Origin: Candidatus Berkelbacteria bacterium
GTDB taxonomy: Bacteria > Patescibacteriota > UBA1384 > XYA2-FULL-43-10 > CAINNR01
Direction: 5' to 3'
DNA length: 64,000 bases
Assembly (NCBI GenBank): GCA_037142675.1
Contig: JBAXAF010000002.1
Coordinates: forward strand, 13,300-77,299
The notes under the pieces were generated by a model. It saw only the letters and a program-made list of their open reading frames with translations. It was not told the origin of the DNA and ran no database searches. A program made the translations under genes and the position numbers. Positions 20,540 through 33,004 of the stretch are shown here, in pieces (position 1 is the first letter of the stretch; each line of letters begins with the position of its first letter).

Positions 20540-20764
20540 CTAAACAATATCTAAAGACTTAATCTTTAGCACTTTTGCAATACTTTGAAGCTTATCAATC
20601 GAAAGATTAACTTCACCACGTTCGATCTGAGCGTAATAGCTAGCATTGAGGTCTGCTTTTTCAGCCACCTCTGCCTGGGTAAGTCGAGCTTTTTCTCTAG
20701 CCTTTCTGACTTTATCACCCAATCTTTTCCGAGTTGTTTCGTTATTATCGCTCATGATGTTCAT
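20540..20764 (-). CDS. XRE-family HTH regulator
   Basis: LTQAEVAEKA..YYAQIERGEVNLS motif. Confidence 0.9.
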   Translation of the reverse strand: MNIMSDNNETTRKRLGDKVRKAREKARLTQAEVAEKADLNASYYAQIERGEVNLSIDKLQSIAKVLKIKSLDIV

Positions 20765-20826
20765 ATACTAACAAAAAACTATCGAAATATCCATAAGTAA
20801 TTAAAAATATAATCAAAAGGAGGAAT

Positions 20827-21549
20827 ATGCCAGTAATGTCGCCGTCTTATAAAAGACACTTGGAAAATTTGCAAAATGAATTTGATGCGAAGAAATATCA
20901 TGAATTGCAAAAACTTGATCTTTTTAACGAGAAAACTTTTTACAAAGCTTTTGTTGGAGATATGCTTAATGCCAAAAAAGAGGTTATTATCCATAGCCCG
21001 TTTGTCTCGAAATTTAGAACGGATTTTCTCAAACCGACAATCGAAAAATTGATCGACCGGAACATTGACATCTTTATCTTTACCAGACCGATTGAAGAGT
21101 ACGATCCTACTATGCAACCCCAGATCGAGTGCGCGCTAAAACGCCTTGGAGAGCTTGGTGTCTGCATTTTCTACCCAGGACGATACATTCATCAAAAGGT
21201 GGCGATTGTTGACAGAGAAGTCCTATAGGAGGGCAGTTTGAATATTTTATCGCACAGAGCAAGTAACGAAATGATGAGGAGAACGGCTCACAGGGAATCC
21301 GCAACACAGGTCATGAACTATATCGGCCTGAATGATCAGATTGCGGCGGCTTATAAGTTGAAATACGAAAAATTGTACAAGGGGTTGATAAATACCTCCA
21401 AACAAAGTTTTAAGCTGAAAATGAAGATATTTTTGCTAGGACTGGCAGTTCCGATAATTGTATGGTTGATCGTCGGCTTGGTAAATATAAAACCTGTGCA
21501 AATATATACTTCGCTAGCAAATTCGATCATTGCATCATTGCAGCATTAA
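20827..21549 (+). pseudogene. Phospholipase D-like (HKD) protein interrupted by an amber stop
   Basis: HQKVAIVDREVL*EGSLN: TAG at 21226-21228 lies in the HxK..D..GSxN motif and the frame continues to 21549 with a C-terminal TM. Confidence 0.75.
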
Positions 21550-21922
21550 AACTGTAACCACTCACTGTGTCGTCATTGCGAGGAGGTACGACGAAGCAAT
21601 CTGATCAAAATAGATTGCCGCGCCTCTCGCTTCACTCGATGACTCGCAATGACAGCGAGTGGTTACTTAAAACTCTTCTTCTTTCAACTTTTCAAATCGC
21701 ATTTTGGAAAAATATTTCTGGCAATCTTTGTTATTACACCTCGCGAAACAACTTTTTTTGTCAGAAATCAAAATCGACGAGATAACTCCCGTTCGTGCGA
21801 CTACTTCGCCACATTTATCACAAACCTTATATTTCATAGATACACCTAGATTATCACAAAAATCCGAGCATTGGATACTCGGATTTTCTGCAGAAAAACA
21901 GCAGTAATATTTTTTAAGAATA

Positions 21923-23122
21923 TTATTCGTACTTTAGTGCGTCAAGTGCATTGATCTTGACCGCTCGATAAGCAGGGTATAGTCCGGTAGCTAAACCGAC
22001 TAGAATTGAGAATAATCCGACAATCAATTCAAGAGTCCAAGGTGTGACAAAAAGATTGATAGTATCAGCGCCAGCCCTTGAAGCAAAGACTGACAGCAGA
22101 GCATTTATGCCGGTTGCCATTAACAGTCCAAGAATTATGCCGAAGAAACCGCCAAAAGCACCGATCAAGAATGATTCAGTCACAAAGAGTTTGTAGATAT
22201 CAGCGTTTTGCATTCCAAGAGCTTTAAATAGACCGATCTCTCTAATTCTTTCAAGAAGATTAATTGTCAAAGTGTTGAATGTTCCAAGGGCAGCGACCAA
22301 AAGCGCTATCATGCCAAAAATCGCTAAGACTATCCTGAACAGAACGAATACTTGGCTAATCTGATCAACCGTATCTCCGACATATTCAGTCGATAATCCT
22401 AAATTTTCTAGTTGCTTGCGAAGTTCCGGAATGCTCTCTTTGGTGTCAGCTTTTAGTTTTAGGGAGATAAATTTATCGGCCCCATTTTTGGCAAGTAGCG
22501 AAATCGGCACATAAATGATTGGGCTTTGTTCATCTTTTTCGACTCCAACAATTTTCAGCGGAACTTTTTCGACAGTTTTAACCGAATCAGCATTGTCTGT
22601 GCGAATCTCTGCCGGAATAAGTAAATCTAAATCCATCGTTTGACCAATAACTTGATCCTCGTTCTCGCCTAGCAATTTCAAGGCAGCTCGGTTAATCATC
22701 GCTTGTCCATCTGCAAGTGGCAGAGAGCCTTTATCAGCACTAATGCTCGCCATTGGCCAGTAATCCTTACCTGCAGCGACAACGACGGTCTCAGCCGAGG
22801 TTCCGGTGCCATCACGACCAAGCCTACCGGCAATACTGTCAACTGGAACGACAGTTTGGACATGAGGAAGTGCTTCTGTCTTGTCAATCACGCTCTGATC
22901 AATTTTCAAAGTTTTTAAATTTGCCGATGGGATATCTAGAATAGTAAAAGCCTCAAAATTAGTCACCTGGCTTGTCACCAAACGCTCCAAGCCGTATCCC
23001 AGCGATACCAAGAAGATAATCGATCCAATACCAATCACAATTCCCAAAGTGGTAATTATTGTTCTGGATTTCTTTACCCATAGATTTTTTAGAGATAGCC
23101 GAACAATTACTTTTAATTTCAT
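21923..23122 (-). CDS. ABC transporter permease (MacB/FtsX family)
   Basis: TTLGIVIGI, periplasmic domain, ERIREIGLFKALG, YPAYRA. Confidence 0.93.
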   Translation of the reverse strand: MKLKVIVRLSLKNLWVKKSRTIITTLGIVIGIGSIIFLVSLGYGLERLVTSQVTNFEAFTILDIPSANLKTLKIDQSVIDKTEALPHVQTVVPVDSIAGRLGRDGTGTSAETVVVAAGKDYWPMASISADKGSLPLADGQAMINRAALKLLGENEDQVIGQTMDLDLLIPAEIRTDNADSVKTVEKVPLKIVGVEKDEQSPIIYVPISLLAKNGADKFISLKLKADTKESIPELRKQLENLGLSTEYVGDTVDQISQVFVLFRIVLAIFGMIALLVAALGTFNTLTINLLERIREIGLFKALGMQNADIYKLFVTESFLIGAFGGFFGIILGLLMATGINALLSVFASRAGADTINLFVTPWTLELIVGLFSILVGLATGLYPAYRAVKINALDALKYE

Positions 23123-23874
23123 ATCATTTTCTCCAAGTTCTTAAGCTCGCCCTCGAGCTGCGCTCGGAGTTCTCCCTTTTTCTCGGAGACGATTTTACCG
23201 TCTATCATGGCGATTGTTTTGCTCGCCAGAGGAAGATAAGCTAGGTTATGGGTAACCATTATCACGGTTCGTTTATAGATTTTATTGAGTTTTTGTAGCA
23301 GATCCATGACATAATCAGCGGAGTGCGTATCAAGATTGCCGGTCGGCTCATCGGCGACAATAATTGATGGATTATTAACCAGCGCTCGCGCCAAACCGAC
23401 CCTCTGTTGTTCACCACCGGAGAGCTGCATCGGCCATTTTTTGGCATACTGGCCCATTTCAACCTCGCCCAGTATTGCTTGTGCCTTAAACACCGAGTCA
23501 TGGTATCCTGATCCGGTTATCATTAGCGGAACCGCGACATTTTCAACTACATTGAGAGCTTTTGCCCAATACGATTGCTGGTAGACGATACCGAATTTGC
23601 TGGAGCGAACCTTGGCGCGTTGAGCCTGATTCAAAGAGCCCATATTCTTTTCATAGAGATAAACATTGCCCTTAGTTGGTGTTTCCAAGCCGACAATGTG
23701 ATTCAGAAGAGTTGATTTTCCACAACCTGATGGGCCATAAATAACAACAAAATCGCCTTCATTAATACTAACAGTAATGCCTTTTAAGACTTCTGTTTTT
23801 GTTGACTTGTCTGCCGAGACAAACTCTTTGAACAAACCATCAATTTTAATAATTTCTTTTTCCATTATTTCCAA
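23119..23874 (-). CDS. ABC transporter ATP-binding protein (LolD/MacB-like)
   Basis: Motifs GPSGCGKS, LSGGEQQR, ADEPTGNLD and VTHN. Confidence 0.95.
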   Translation of the reverse strand: MEIMEKEIIKIDGLFKEFVSADKSTKTEVLKGITVSINEGDFVVIYGPSGCGKSTLLNHIVGLETPTKGNVYLYEKNMGSLNQAQRAKVRSSKFGIVYQQSYWAKALNVVENVAVPLMITGSGYHDSVFKAQAILGEVEMGQYAKKWPMQLSGGEQQRVGLARALVNNPSIIVADEPTGNLDTHSADYVMDLLQKLNKIYKRTVIMVTHNLAYLPLASKTIAMIDGKIVSEKKGELRAQLEGELKNLEKMI

Positions 23875-23878
23875 TTAT

Positions 23879-26800
23879 TCAATTATTTGGGTAAAACATC
23901 TTGCTTAAAAAGCCGAGTGATTTTTGCAGTGAATTAACAATAATGTCGACGACTGATTGTTGGATTTTACCGGTAATGGTTGTGGTGTCGTTCGAAGTTC
24001 CCATGTTCCCAGCGTTATCATGCGACACGGCCCGAAGGTGATAAATCTTTGATGGCTCAAGTCCGGAAGCAATGACTACATGGCTGGTCGAAAGCGCCAT
24101 ATCCTCTTTGGTTTTGAAATCATAATCAGATCCGCTGATTCCGGTTGAATATTCAATCTGACTTGTTGATGGTTCATCTGTTTGCCACGAAACAACTAAT
24201 TGCGCTTGTTGAGTTTGACCGAAGCCATTTGATTTTATTTCGACTGCAAGTGATGACAATTTTGGTGGTCGGGTGTCAAGCGGTGTTGTATAGGTGTTGG
24301 CATCTGACTCAACTTGATTTCCAAAGTTATCGACGCCTTTTGCTTTTAGAACATAAACCGATTTGTCCTGAAGGTCGGAAACCGTAATTTCGTGCGCTGT
24401 CTTATAATCAGCTTGCGAAGCGGTTTGTGCAGATGAGCCGATTGTATAAGAGACTATAGAAGTTGTCGCCACATTGGTATCCCAATTAAATTTCAGTGTC
24501 GTTGTCGGAGCGTCTTTAACTGTCTCAAAGCGGAAATTTGAGATCTTCGGCATGGTCAAAGTATTAAATGTATAATCATCCGAAATAAGCTGATTATTAT
24601 CCGTATCAGTCCCGATTATTTGAAAATGATATGTGGCCGAGTCGTCGAGGCTAGTCAAATTGATTGAGTGGCTAGTAGTTTGCGAACCGGATTTGTCGGA
24701 AATATTTCCACCATAGTTTGGAGTTTTTCCATAATTGATTGTCGAGGTGGCAATGGTTGTGGATGTCCAAGAAATTGTTGCGGCGTTCAAAGTGATATTT
24801 GAAACTTTTACATCGGAAATTTTCGGTCTTAGTCCGGTCTTAAACGAGTAGACATCGCTTCGTCCCTGGTTACCGTCTGAATCCTCCCACATTGCTTGGT
24901 AATAGTAGATCGTCTCAGGGTCAAGGCCAATGACTTCAACTGAGTGCTTTTTGCTCTTCTCCGGTTGACCAAATCCTTTGGCATTTTTCAAATCGTCTTT
25001 GCTTTTAGCAAAATAGCCGAAACTTGAACCTTCGCGGTCGGTTTCCCAAGAGATAGTAGCTGAAAATGCCTTTGGCGAAGCAGTTGGGGCCTCTGTTATG
25101 GCCGGTGGGTTAGTATAACGACCGGTCGGTGTCAAATTAACTATCGACGAGGCAACTGAATGTTGACCGGCATTGTCTTTCGATTTGACATAGTAATAGT
25201 ATTTTTGGCTTGTCAGGTCGGTGTCGGCATAAGTACTACCAGCGGTTGTGCCGACCGAGGAATAATTTGAGCCGTCAGTCGAACGATAAATTTCATAGCC
25301 GTTAAATCCGGTGCCGGTGTTTGCTGGCGCAATCCACTTTAGAGTTGCAGCAAACAGCGAAGCATCTCGGTTTGAAATATCAAAGATTTGCAAACTCGCC
25401 GGTGCGCCTGGCGCGGTGGTATTGGCAGTGAAGGTTGTTTTGGCGCAACCATCGGTGTCGGAGTTACCGGAGATTGCATTACAGGAATCAAATGAATAAT
25501 TTCCCGCTTCATCTTTGGCAACGATATAGAAGGTATTTTCTCCTTGTTGGGTGGCATATGGTCCGGCTGGAAGTATTCGGTCGGTCACAAACGAAGTATT
25601 CGACGGTGTCGGTAGCGCATTTATTGAGTAATAGTAACCCGATATTGTTCCGCTTCCGGTTGACGGCTCATCCCAGGAAAAAGCGAAACTGTTTGAATCA
25701 GACGATGACGGTGTGACAGTCAAATTCTTCGGTGCAGTCGGCGCGGTGTTATTGTAATAAAAGTTTGTCTGAACCGGAGTCGGATCGACATTGCCGGCGT
25801 TGTCAACGGCACGAAGATAAAAGATATTTGTGCCGGTTCGGTAAGCGACATCACCAAGTTCCAGTGATCCGCCGGTCATTGTTGCCGACCAATCGGAATA
25901 AATGCCGTCAGTTGCGCCTGTTTTGTATTGATAACCATAAATGCCACTTCCACCGGTGTCGCTCGCCATATCGGCACCCGAAGTCGGCCAGATGAAAGTA
26001 AAGGAATTGGTGCGCGTAAAGCCCGATGGTGAAACCGAAACATATTTTGGTGAATCCGGAGTTGCCGTTTCATATTTATAGGTGAAGATGGTTGAGCCGC
26101 TCCCGATATTACCGGCATTGTCTTTTGAGCTAATGCGTAAATAGTAAGTTGAGCCGGAAGCCAAAGAACCGGCGGTATAATTCAATCCTGTTTGGTAACT
26201 GCCGGCCGTATGCGGATCAGCAGAATTCGAAGTTCCGAAATAAACATAGTAACCGGCTGTGCCGGAAACCGTATTGGCGTGGCTGCCATCGGTGGCATCC
26301 GTGGAGGCGTTAAAAGTAAAATACGGAGCCGCGTAGTTGTGCCAATCGCCGGAGACAATATCGCTTCCACTAGAAGATTGACTTTTGGCAGTTGCCAAAG
26401 TCGGATCCGGTGGCGCCATATTATCCTGATCGTATTTGTAAGTGTATACGGTTGCAGCCGTAGAAATATTACCAGCGACATCTTGGGTTTTTATTCGCAA
26501 ATAATAGCTTTGATTATAGTTAGTCGATAAATCGCTTGCCGTGTAGTTTGTGGTAGTTTGCCAGACACTCGGATCGGCTGAAGCATTTGTACCGAAATAA
26601 ACATAATAACCGGCAACTCCCGACGGAGTTATCCCGTTTGCATTGTCACTTGGCGCAGTCCACGAAAAGTAAGGTGTTGGATAGTTATACCAAGTCGCCC
26701 CGTCAAGTGTCACGCCACTCGAAGTGCTTTTAGCGGTAATTGAGCTTGGATTATTTGGTGGTAAAAGATCTGGATTGTAATCAGGTGATGTAATGCCGGA

Positions 26801-27447
26801 AAAGTTAATCCAACCCCAGTCTTCGCTCCAGGCATAACCGGAGAAATTTCCTCCTGTAGCTATCACCACATTGGCGCCGGTCGGACTTGCATTAAAATCA
26901 ATATAGCCGCCGTTTAGCATTTTCGCCTTTCCTGATAAATGTCCGGAAGTGTCAGCGACTACCGGTCCCGAAGGATTGCTATCTGAGCCAAAGCTAATCC
27001 AGCCGAGATCGCCACCCCAGGCATAACCGCCCATCTGGCGAGAATAATTATCTATCGTCACATTGCTATGGTAAGTTCCTGCGTCAAAGTAAATTTTTTC
27101 GCCAGTGTTAACAATAGTTCCGGTAGTTCCCACAACCGCTACCGCACTGCCGGTAGCCTCAGAGTGCTTACTCGAGAGAAACATACCGCCAGCTACGATA
27201 ATAAAGCCGCAAAATATTGTGAATGCCGTCCAGCCGATTTGTTTGCGGTAAGGTTTTGCTTTTTTGGTAATCTTTGCGAGCCAACTATTAAATTCTGCCG
27301 GACTGGTAGAATCTTGATTTATACTTTGTCTTTTATGATTAACTTTTAGAGAAAATGACAAATGTTTTTTAAAATTACTAAAAACTTCACAAATCTTTTT
27401 TGTGATCTGTCGATAATTTCGATTAATTTTGGATATTAGCTTTTTCA

Positions 27448-27448
<1 letters not shown>
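23879..27448 (-). CDS. Large surface protein with GYAW repeats and multiple fibronectin type III-like domains
   Basis: 1189 aa; TM near the N-terminus; GYAW..GWI.F repeats; repeated YY..D.AGN FN3 units; start overlaps the RT stop. Confidence 0.85.
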
Positions 27449-28642
<1,194 letters not shown>

Positions 28643-28776
28643 TTTTTTCTTGTCATTTGTTTTTCTTGTCATTGCGAGGCTTTGCGAAGCAATCTTTTTT
28701 GTGTTTTTTATGGGATTGCCACGCCTGCTGGCTCGCAATGACATACTCATTTTAGGTAGAAAAGGCATCCCCGTTG

Positions 28777-28906
28777 CCTGACACAGCGAACATTGTTGTT
28801 ATTGCCCTCTCCATTGTTGTTCGTGTTGCCATTATTCAACTGGACGTTCCACGCGTTAGATCCAACGCTGTTCTCCGTCGCCGACCAGTAGTTGTTGGAT
28901 GGCTGA
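28777..28906 (-). repeat. DGR template repeat (TR)
   Basis: 130-bp copy of VR; 15 AAC/AAT codons in the VR frame; all 12 mismatches are at TR adenines. Confidence 0.97.
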
Positions 28907-29083
28907 TGAAATGCTGCCGACTTTTGTTGCTCGGTTTTCTATCTCTGGCAAGCAGAGTAAGAAAACTTGTAATTATTCCTTTTGGAGCGGCAGCCGTAAC
29001 GGGGCGGTCGCACTCCCGATCATAACCCCGCACAGAGGCGAAGAATACGAGCGGCTCTTGCTATGCCTTTTCTACCTAAAATT

Positions 29084-29431
29084 TTAATGTGCTTTCGACC
29101 AATTCATCCATTTTTCGAACTGTTTCGATATTTCAATCAGTTGCTCAAAAAAGAATTTATAACTTTGTATTTTCATTGTCTTAAGCTCGTGCAGCATTCT
29201 GGCTTTAAACTTAATTCTCTCAATGATTACCAACCCCTCCTTTAATTTGTTTGTTTTGTCTTCAAGGTTATTGGCTTCAACAATTATGTCCATCAACTTT
29301 GTCAGCAATCCCTCTATTTCCTCGGCTAAGCCGTATTTGTAATCTTTCGGGAATCCTCGTGCCAACCGGAAGAAGTATAAATTTATGTCGTAAACGCTTT
29401 TGTAAATTGGAAGGTGGTCATATCTTGCCAT
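29084..29431 (-). CDS. avd: DGR accessory variability determinant (Avd-like four-helix bundle)
   Basis: 115 aa; LPIYK..YD, FPKDYKYGL, ISKQF.KW; lies between target and TR. Confidence 0.88.
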   Translation of the reverse strand: MARYDHLPIYKSVYDINLYFFRLARGFPKDYKYGLAEEIEGLLTKLMDIIVEANNLEDKTNKLKEGLVIIERIKFKARMLHELKTMKIQSYKFFFEQLIEISKQFEKWMNWSKAH

Positions 29432-29447
29432 AAAAATTTTCGCTCGA

Positions 29448-29460
29448 CCGCCTTCGGCGG
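29448..29460 (-). promoter_or_regulatory. Candidate DGR cis-acting hairpin downstream of VR
   Basis: CCGCC-GAA-GGCGG, 35 nt after the target stop codon. Confidence 0.6.
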
Positions 29461-29495
29461 AAACAATAATAACTAAATAATCAAATTACCCTGCG

Positions 29496-30524
29496 TTACC
29501 TGACACAGCGAACATTGTAGTTACCGCCCTCTCCAAAGTTGCTCGTGTAGCCATTATTCAACTGGACGCCCCACGCGTAAGATCCAACGCTGCTCTCCGT
29601 CGCCGACCAGTAGTTGTAGGATGGCTGAGTCAGATTCCAGTAAGCACCATCAATGAAAGCCTGCATCAGCTCGTTTTGGGTTGGTAAACGCCAGACACCG
29701 GCACCGGCAGGGTTGGCACTGCTGTTGCAAAGCTGTGCAGCGGTTTTATTACCGACAGCCACATTGGCTGCGCCGGTAGCGTTCCATGTCCAAGAAGATC
29801 CGCCGGAAGCGACAAATTGAATTACTCCGGCATTATTCTTAAGGCATTGGCTCCAAGTTAAACCGGTTAGCGGGTCTTTATTGGTATTTCCGGCCCGATT
29901 ATCGTCACCGGTTACCGGAGACGAGTTGGTTGTAAAAGTTAAAGAACAGTTGTTGCCGGTCGTGCCACCGTCCGCCGGATCAAGCACATCGGTAGAGCAA
30001 GGGCCACCGGAAACTGGCGCATAATTACCGGAAATTTGCGTGCCATCATTTGACCAAGCGACTTTACCACTTTTAACATCGCCGGCTCCGGCAACCGTGC
30101 CGGCACCAGTCAAGGGATATGTTGCCGAAGGATATTGACCGGTTAAGCCAACGCCAAAGAGGGTTCCACTTTTGACTGTTCCAACTGAAAGATTCCCTAA
30201 ATTATATGTGCCGCTGGTTGCGCTGCGCGAACCGTTTGCGGTGAATGTTTTTGTAGATGAAACATCACCAGCCCCAGCCGTCGTGCTCGGTGTCCACTTG
30301 GCAGCAGTTTTGATACGGTTCCAATAAGTTCCCCAGTCTGGTGTGTCCGAGTCGGAACCGAAGGTTAAACCCGTAAGATCTGTATAAAGCGTTTTCATGC
30401 GTGAAGTTACTCCGGACTCCGGTGTGCTACCGGATTGTTCGGCAAAAACTTTGTAAGTTCCAAAAACTCCGGCGCAAAGTAGCACTGCCACAGCCGCGAT
30501 GATGAACTTATTCCTTTTTTTCAT
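29496..30524 (-). CDS. DGR target protein: exported, C-terminal DUF1566/C-type-lectin-fold domain
   Basis: Signal peptide; DPLTGLTW, WRLPT..EL, YWSAT, AW.V, VRCVR; VR at the 3' end. Confidence 0.92.
   Translation of the reverse strand: MKKRNKFIIAAVAVLLCAGVFGTYKVFAEQSGSTPESGVTSRMKTLYTDLTGLTFGSDSDTPDWGTYWNRIKTAAKWTPSTTAGAGDVSSTKTFTANGSRSATSGTYNLGNLSVGTVKSGTLFGVGLTGQYPSATYPLTGAGTVAGAGDVKSGKVAWSNDGTQISGNYAPVSGGPCSTDVLDPADGGTTGNNCSLTFTTNSSPVTGDDNRAGNTNKDPLTGLTWSQCLKNNAGVIQFVASGGSSWTWNATGAANVAVGNKTAAQLCNSSANPAGAGVWRLPTQNELMQAFIDGAYWNLTQPSYNYWSATESSVGSYAWGVQLNNGYTSNFGEGGNYNVRCVR
29499..29628 (-). repeat. DGR variable repeat (VR)
   Basis: Matches TR 28777-28906 except for 12 A-to-N changes in 9 codons. 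Confidence 0.97.
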
Positions 30525-30652
30525 ATTTGCCTCCAATTATAAATTCTTTTTGTCATTGCGAAGTACGAAGCAATCTCATTCCACACAGATTGCCGCGCCT
30601 GCTGGCCCGCAATGACAAACCCTAATCCTCGCAATGTAAAACTATAAATATT

Positions 30653-30675
30653 AAAAAAGACACTCAAAAGAGTGC
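30653..30675 (-). terminator. Terminator-like hairpin in the leader of the DGR operon
   Basis: GCACTC-TTTT-GAGTGT followed by CTTTTTT. Confidence 0.5.
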
Positions 30676-30714
30676 TTGAATTACCAGTTCTAAATGCAAA
30701 AACGGAGAGCTCCT

Positions 30715-30745
<31 letters not shown>

Positions 30746-30990
30746 GAGTTCGGAACTTCGAACTCGAGCTAAAGCGCGCTCGTTACAGTTACGTTTAATG
30801 TTCCCTCCTCTATATAAAACACAGTCTTTGAAATGATTACTTATAATTATACATCAACTAAACCAATAATACATCATTTATTATTTTGTTGTAAATGCCT
30901 AGAAATCAAATTAATAGCAACTGGGATTTTCTTAGGAATTATCGTATCAATTTGGCACTTTAATCGTATCATTTTGATACGAGAAAGAGA

Positions 30991-31866
30991 TTAATTGCTT
31001 TGCCCGATTTTCCAGACTCCCTTTTCTCGAAATGCCGCCAGAGTTTGACGTTTTGCCATATTTAGAAGGACATTCAGGGGCTGTTTTGTATTTTTTGCGT
31101 ACTCAGAAAGTGAAATAATTTTGAGACCTTCTAAATAAGCAATTCTTTTATGTAAAGATTCCAATAGTGCAAGATAGAGAACTTTTTCCATGTCTGCAGT
31201 TTTTTTGTTTTCTTTATATTCCTGAAAGGTTTTGTAATATAGATGTTTCTCTTTATCACGAATAATCACAGGTGGAAAGCCAATCTGTAGCAGGAGATAA
31301 TTAATTAAAACCCTGCCAATTCGGCCATTACCATCGCAAAATGGATGAATATGCTCGAATTCCAAATGAAATTTAGCAATCTTTTCTAGAAAATAAGACA
31401 TGTGATCGCCGGAATAATCAAGAAGTGCTGATTCAACCATAGTTGCCACATGTTCCGGTGCTGGCGCAATGTGCGTTCCAACTCGGACATATTCTCCGGC
31501 AGATCTAAATATACCGGCAATTTTATCATCAATTCCAGCAATCAACATCTTGTGTAAAAACAAGATTAATTCTTCATCCAAATCACGGCTAAGAGTTTTG
31601 TCCTTGATATATTCAAAAACTCTAGCTAAATTTTTAGCTTCATAAACTTCTCGAACAGATACTTTGCGCGCAACTTCAAGTTCTAATAAAATCTTTTCAG
31701 TTTCCTCAATGGTGAGGGTTGAATTTTCGATAGCATTTGAGTTGTAGACTGATTCCGGAATCTCGGCTTCAGCTAGCATATCCAAAAGAGATCCTTTGCC
31801 GATTTTCAAAGTATCATACTGCTTTTTTAAGTCATTAATTTTTTGTTTGATATCTTTATTGATCAT
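30991..31866 (-). CDS. Fic family protein
   Basis: HPFCDGNGRIGR motif; SNAIENS. Confidence 0.95.
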   Translation of the reverse strand: MINKDIKQKINDLKKQYDTLKIGKGSLLDMLAEAEIPESVYNSNAIENSTLTIEETEKILLELEVARKVSVREVYEAKNLARVFEYIKDKTLSRDLDEELILFLHKMLIAGIDDKIAGIFRSAGEYVRVGTHIAPAPEHVATMVESALLDYSGDHMSYFLEKIAKFHLEFEHIHPFCDGNGRIGRVLINYLLLQIGFPPVIIRDKEKHLYYKTFQEYKENKKTADMEKVLYLALLESLHKRIAYLEGLKIISLSEYAKNTKQPLNVLLNMAKRQTLAAFREKGVWKIGQSN

Positions 31867-32003
31867 GGTTAAATCTTATCATATTAACGATATATTGTCA
31901 ATACACCGTGAATATAGTCTACTTTGAGTATATATTCACGGTGTTTCTGATTATTCAATGACATTTAGACTAGCTATAGAGGGCTTATTTTCGTTATATG
32001 GTG

Positions 32004-32648
32004 CTATTTATTAACTTTTGCCAAATAATTTGTCACGGTTTCTGAGAGATACTTTTTAACTAATTCGAAACTAATATCATCATCGTGCTTAAAGAGAATT
32101 GGTTCTTCCAGAATATCATCAAAATACACTAGGCTTTTAAGGATTAGGTTAACGTCAATTGTAGGAAACTTTTCTTTTGTTAATTTGAAAAGCTCTTCAA
32201 GGCTTATTTTGTGAAGAATAAAATACAAATCAACATAATCTTTAAGAACAGATCGGCTTGTAATTGCTGAGAGCTTCATAGCACCAATGTCTTCGAGGGA
32301 GGCCATTTTAAAATTATCTTCATCCAACAGTGGATTAATCGGTTTGTATGGAAAAGCAAAGAAGCTAATTTTAATTGTGTCGTCAATGATAAATGTTAGA
32401 GTATCTTTTTCTTCCTGAATTTTTGCAATTTGATGATTCTGAAAAATTTGCTCGACTTTTTTGGTCAAGTCTTCAGTAGAAAAAGATTGTTCAGAAAAGA
32501 AATCAAAATCAATACTATCTCGATGCCCCAGTTGCAATGCTAGAGCGGTGCCACCGGCAAGATAAAAATCATCTTTGAAAACTTTAAAAAGAGGTAGAAT
32601 ATTTATACGCTTTTGGTCTAGAATATCCCAATAAAATTGTTTATCCAT
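32004..32648 (-). CDS. AbiEii-like nucleotidyltransferase toxin
   Basis: Motifs LAGGTALAL.LGHR.S.DFDFF and KDYVDLY. Confidence 0.88.
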   Translation of the reverse strand: MDKQFYWDILDQKRINILPLFKVFKDDFYLAGGTALALQLGHRDSIDFDFFSEQSFSTEDLTKKVEQIFQNHQIAKIQEEKDTLTFIIDDTIKISFFAFPYKPINPLLDEDNFKMASLEDIGAMKLSAITSRSVLKDYVDLYFILHKISLEELFKLTKEKFPTIDVNLILKSLVYFDDILEEPILFKHDDDISFELVKKYLSETVTNYLAKVNK

Positions 32649-32928
32649 GAAGTACTCTTTCCAGCTTAGAAATGGGTTTGATATTTAAATAAAGCGACCA
32701 AAGAGCTAGAGACTTTTTGTTCCATTGACCAGTTGGAATCTGCTCGGCTATTTTTTGTATCTCATCCAAACTATATGTTTCGAACAACCAATCTGTAGCA
32801 TCTTCGGTGCCGTAATTTAAAACCTGGGCAATAATTAATTTTTTGTGTAATTCTAAATCGATCTTATTGATGTCATAAGACCAGAGAACATTTGCAACAG
32901 ATTTTGGAATTTTTTCGTTGGTTGTCAT
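32641..32928 (-). CDS. Putative antitoxin (DUF6922-like)
   Basis: LWSYD...IIAQVLNYG..W motif; overlaps the toxin start. Confidence 0.75.
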   Translation of the reverse strand: MTTNEKIPKSVANVLWSYDINKIDLELHKKLIIAQVLNYGTEDATDWLFETYSLDEIQKIAEQIPTGQWNKKSLALWSLYLNIKPISKLERVLHG

Positions 32929-33004
32929 ACCTAAAAATTACTTGTCTAACAGATATATTATAGCATATTTGGGGCTATTTATATAGGGGAAAATGATATT
33001 AATC

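Noticed and set aside
21226-21228. Amber recoding or suppression
   Set aside because: TAG is used as a normal stop elsewhere (e.g. ppdK, the DnaJ-class gene), and no CTA-anticodon tRNA is in the window
28643-28768. N-terminal extension of the RT ORF (MPFLPKMSMSLRASRR...)
   Set aside because: It is translated from the inverted-repeat arm and a GTCAT/ATGAC repeat; RT-like sequence begins at METYFTYENL (28642)
28774-29087. Short ORFs over the TR region
   Set aside because: They overlap the non-coding template repeat and its structured flank, with no independent protein features
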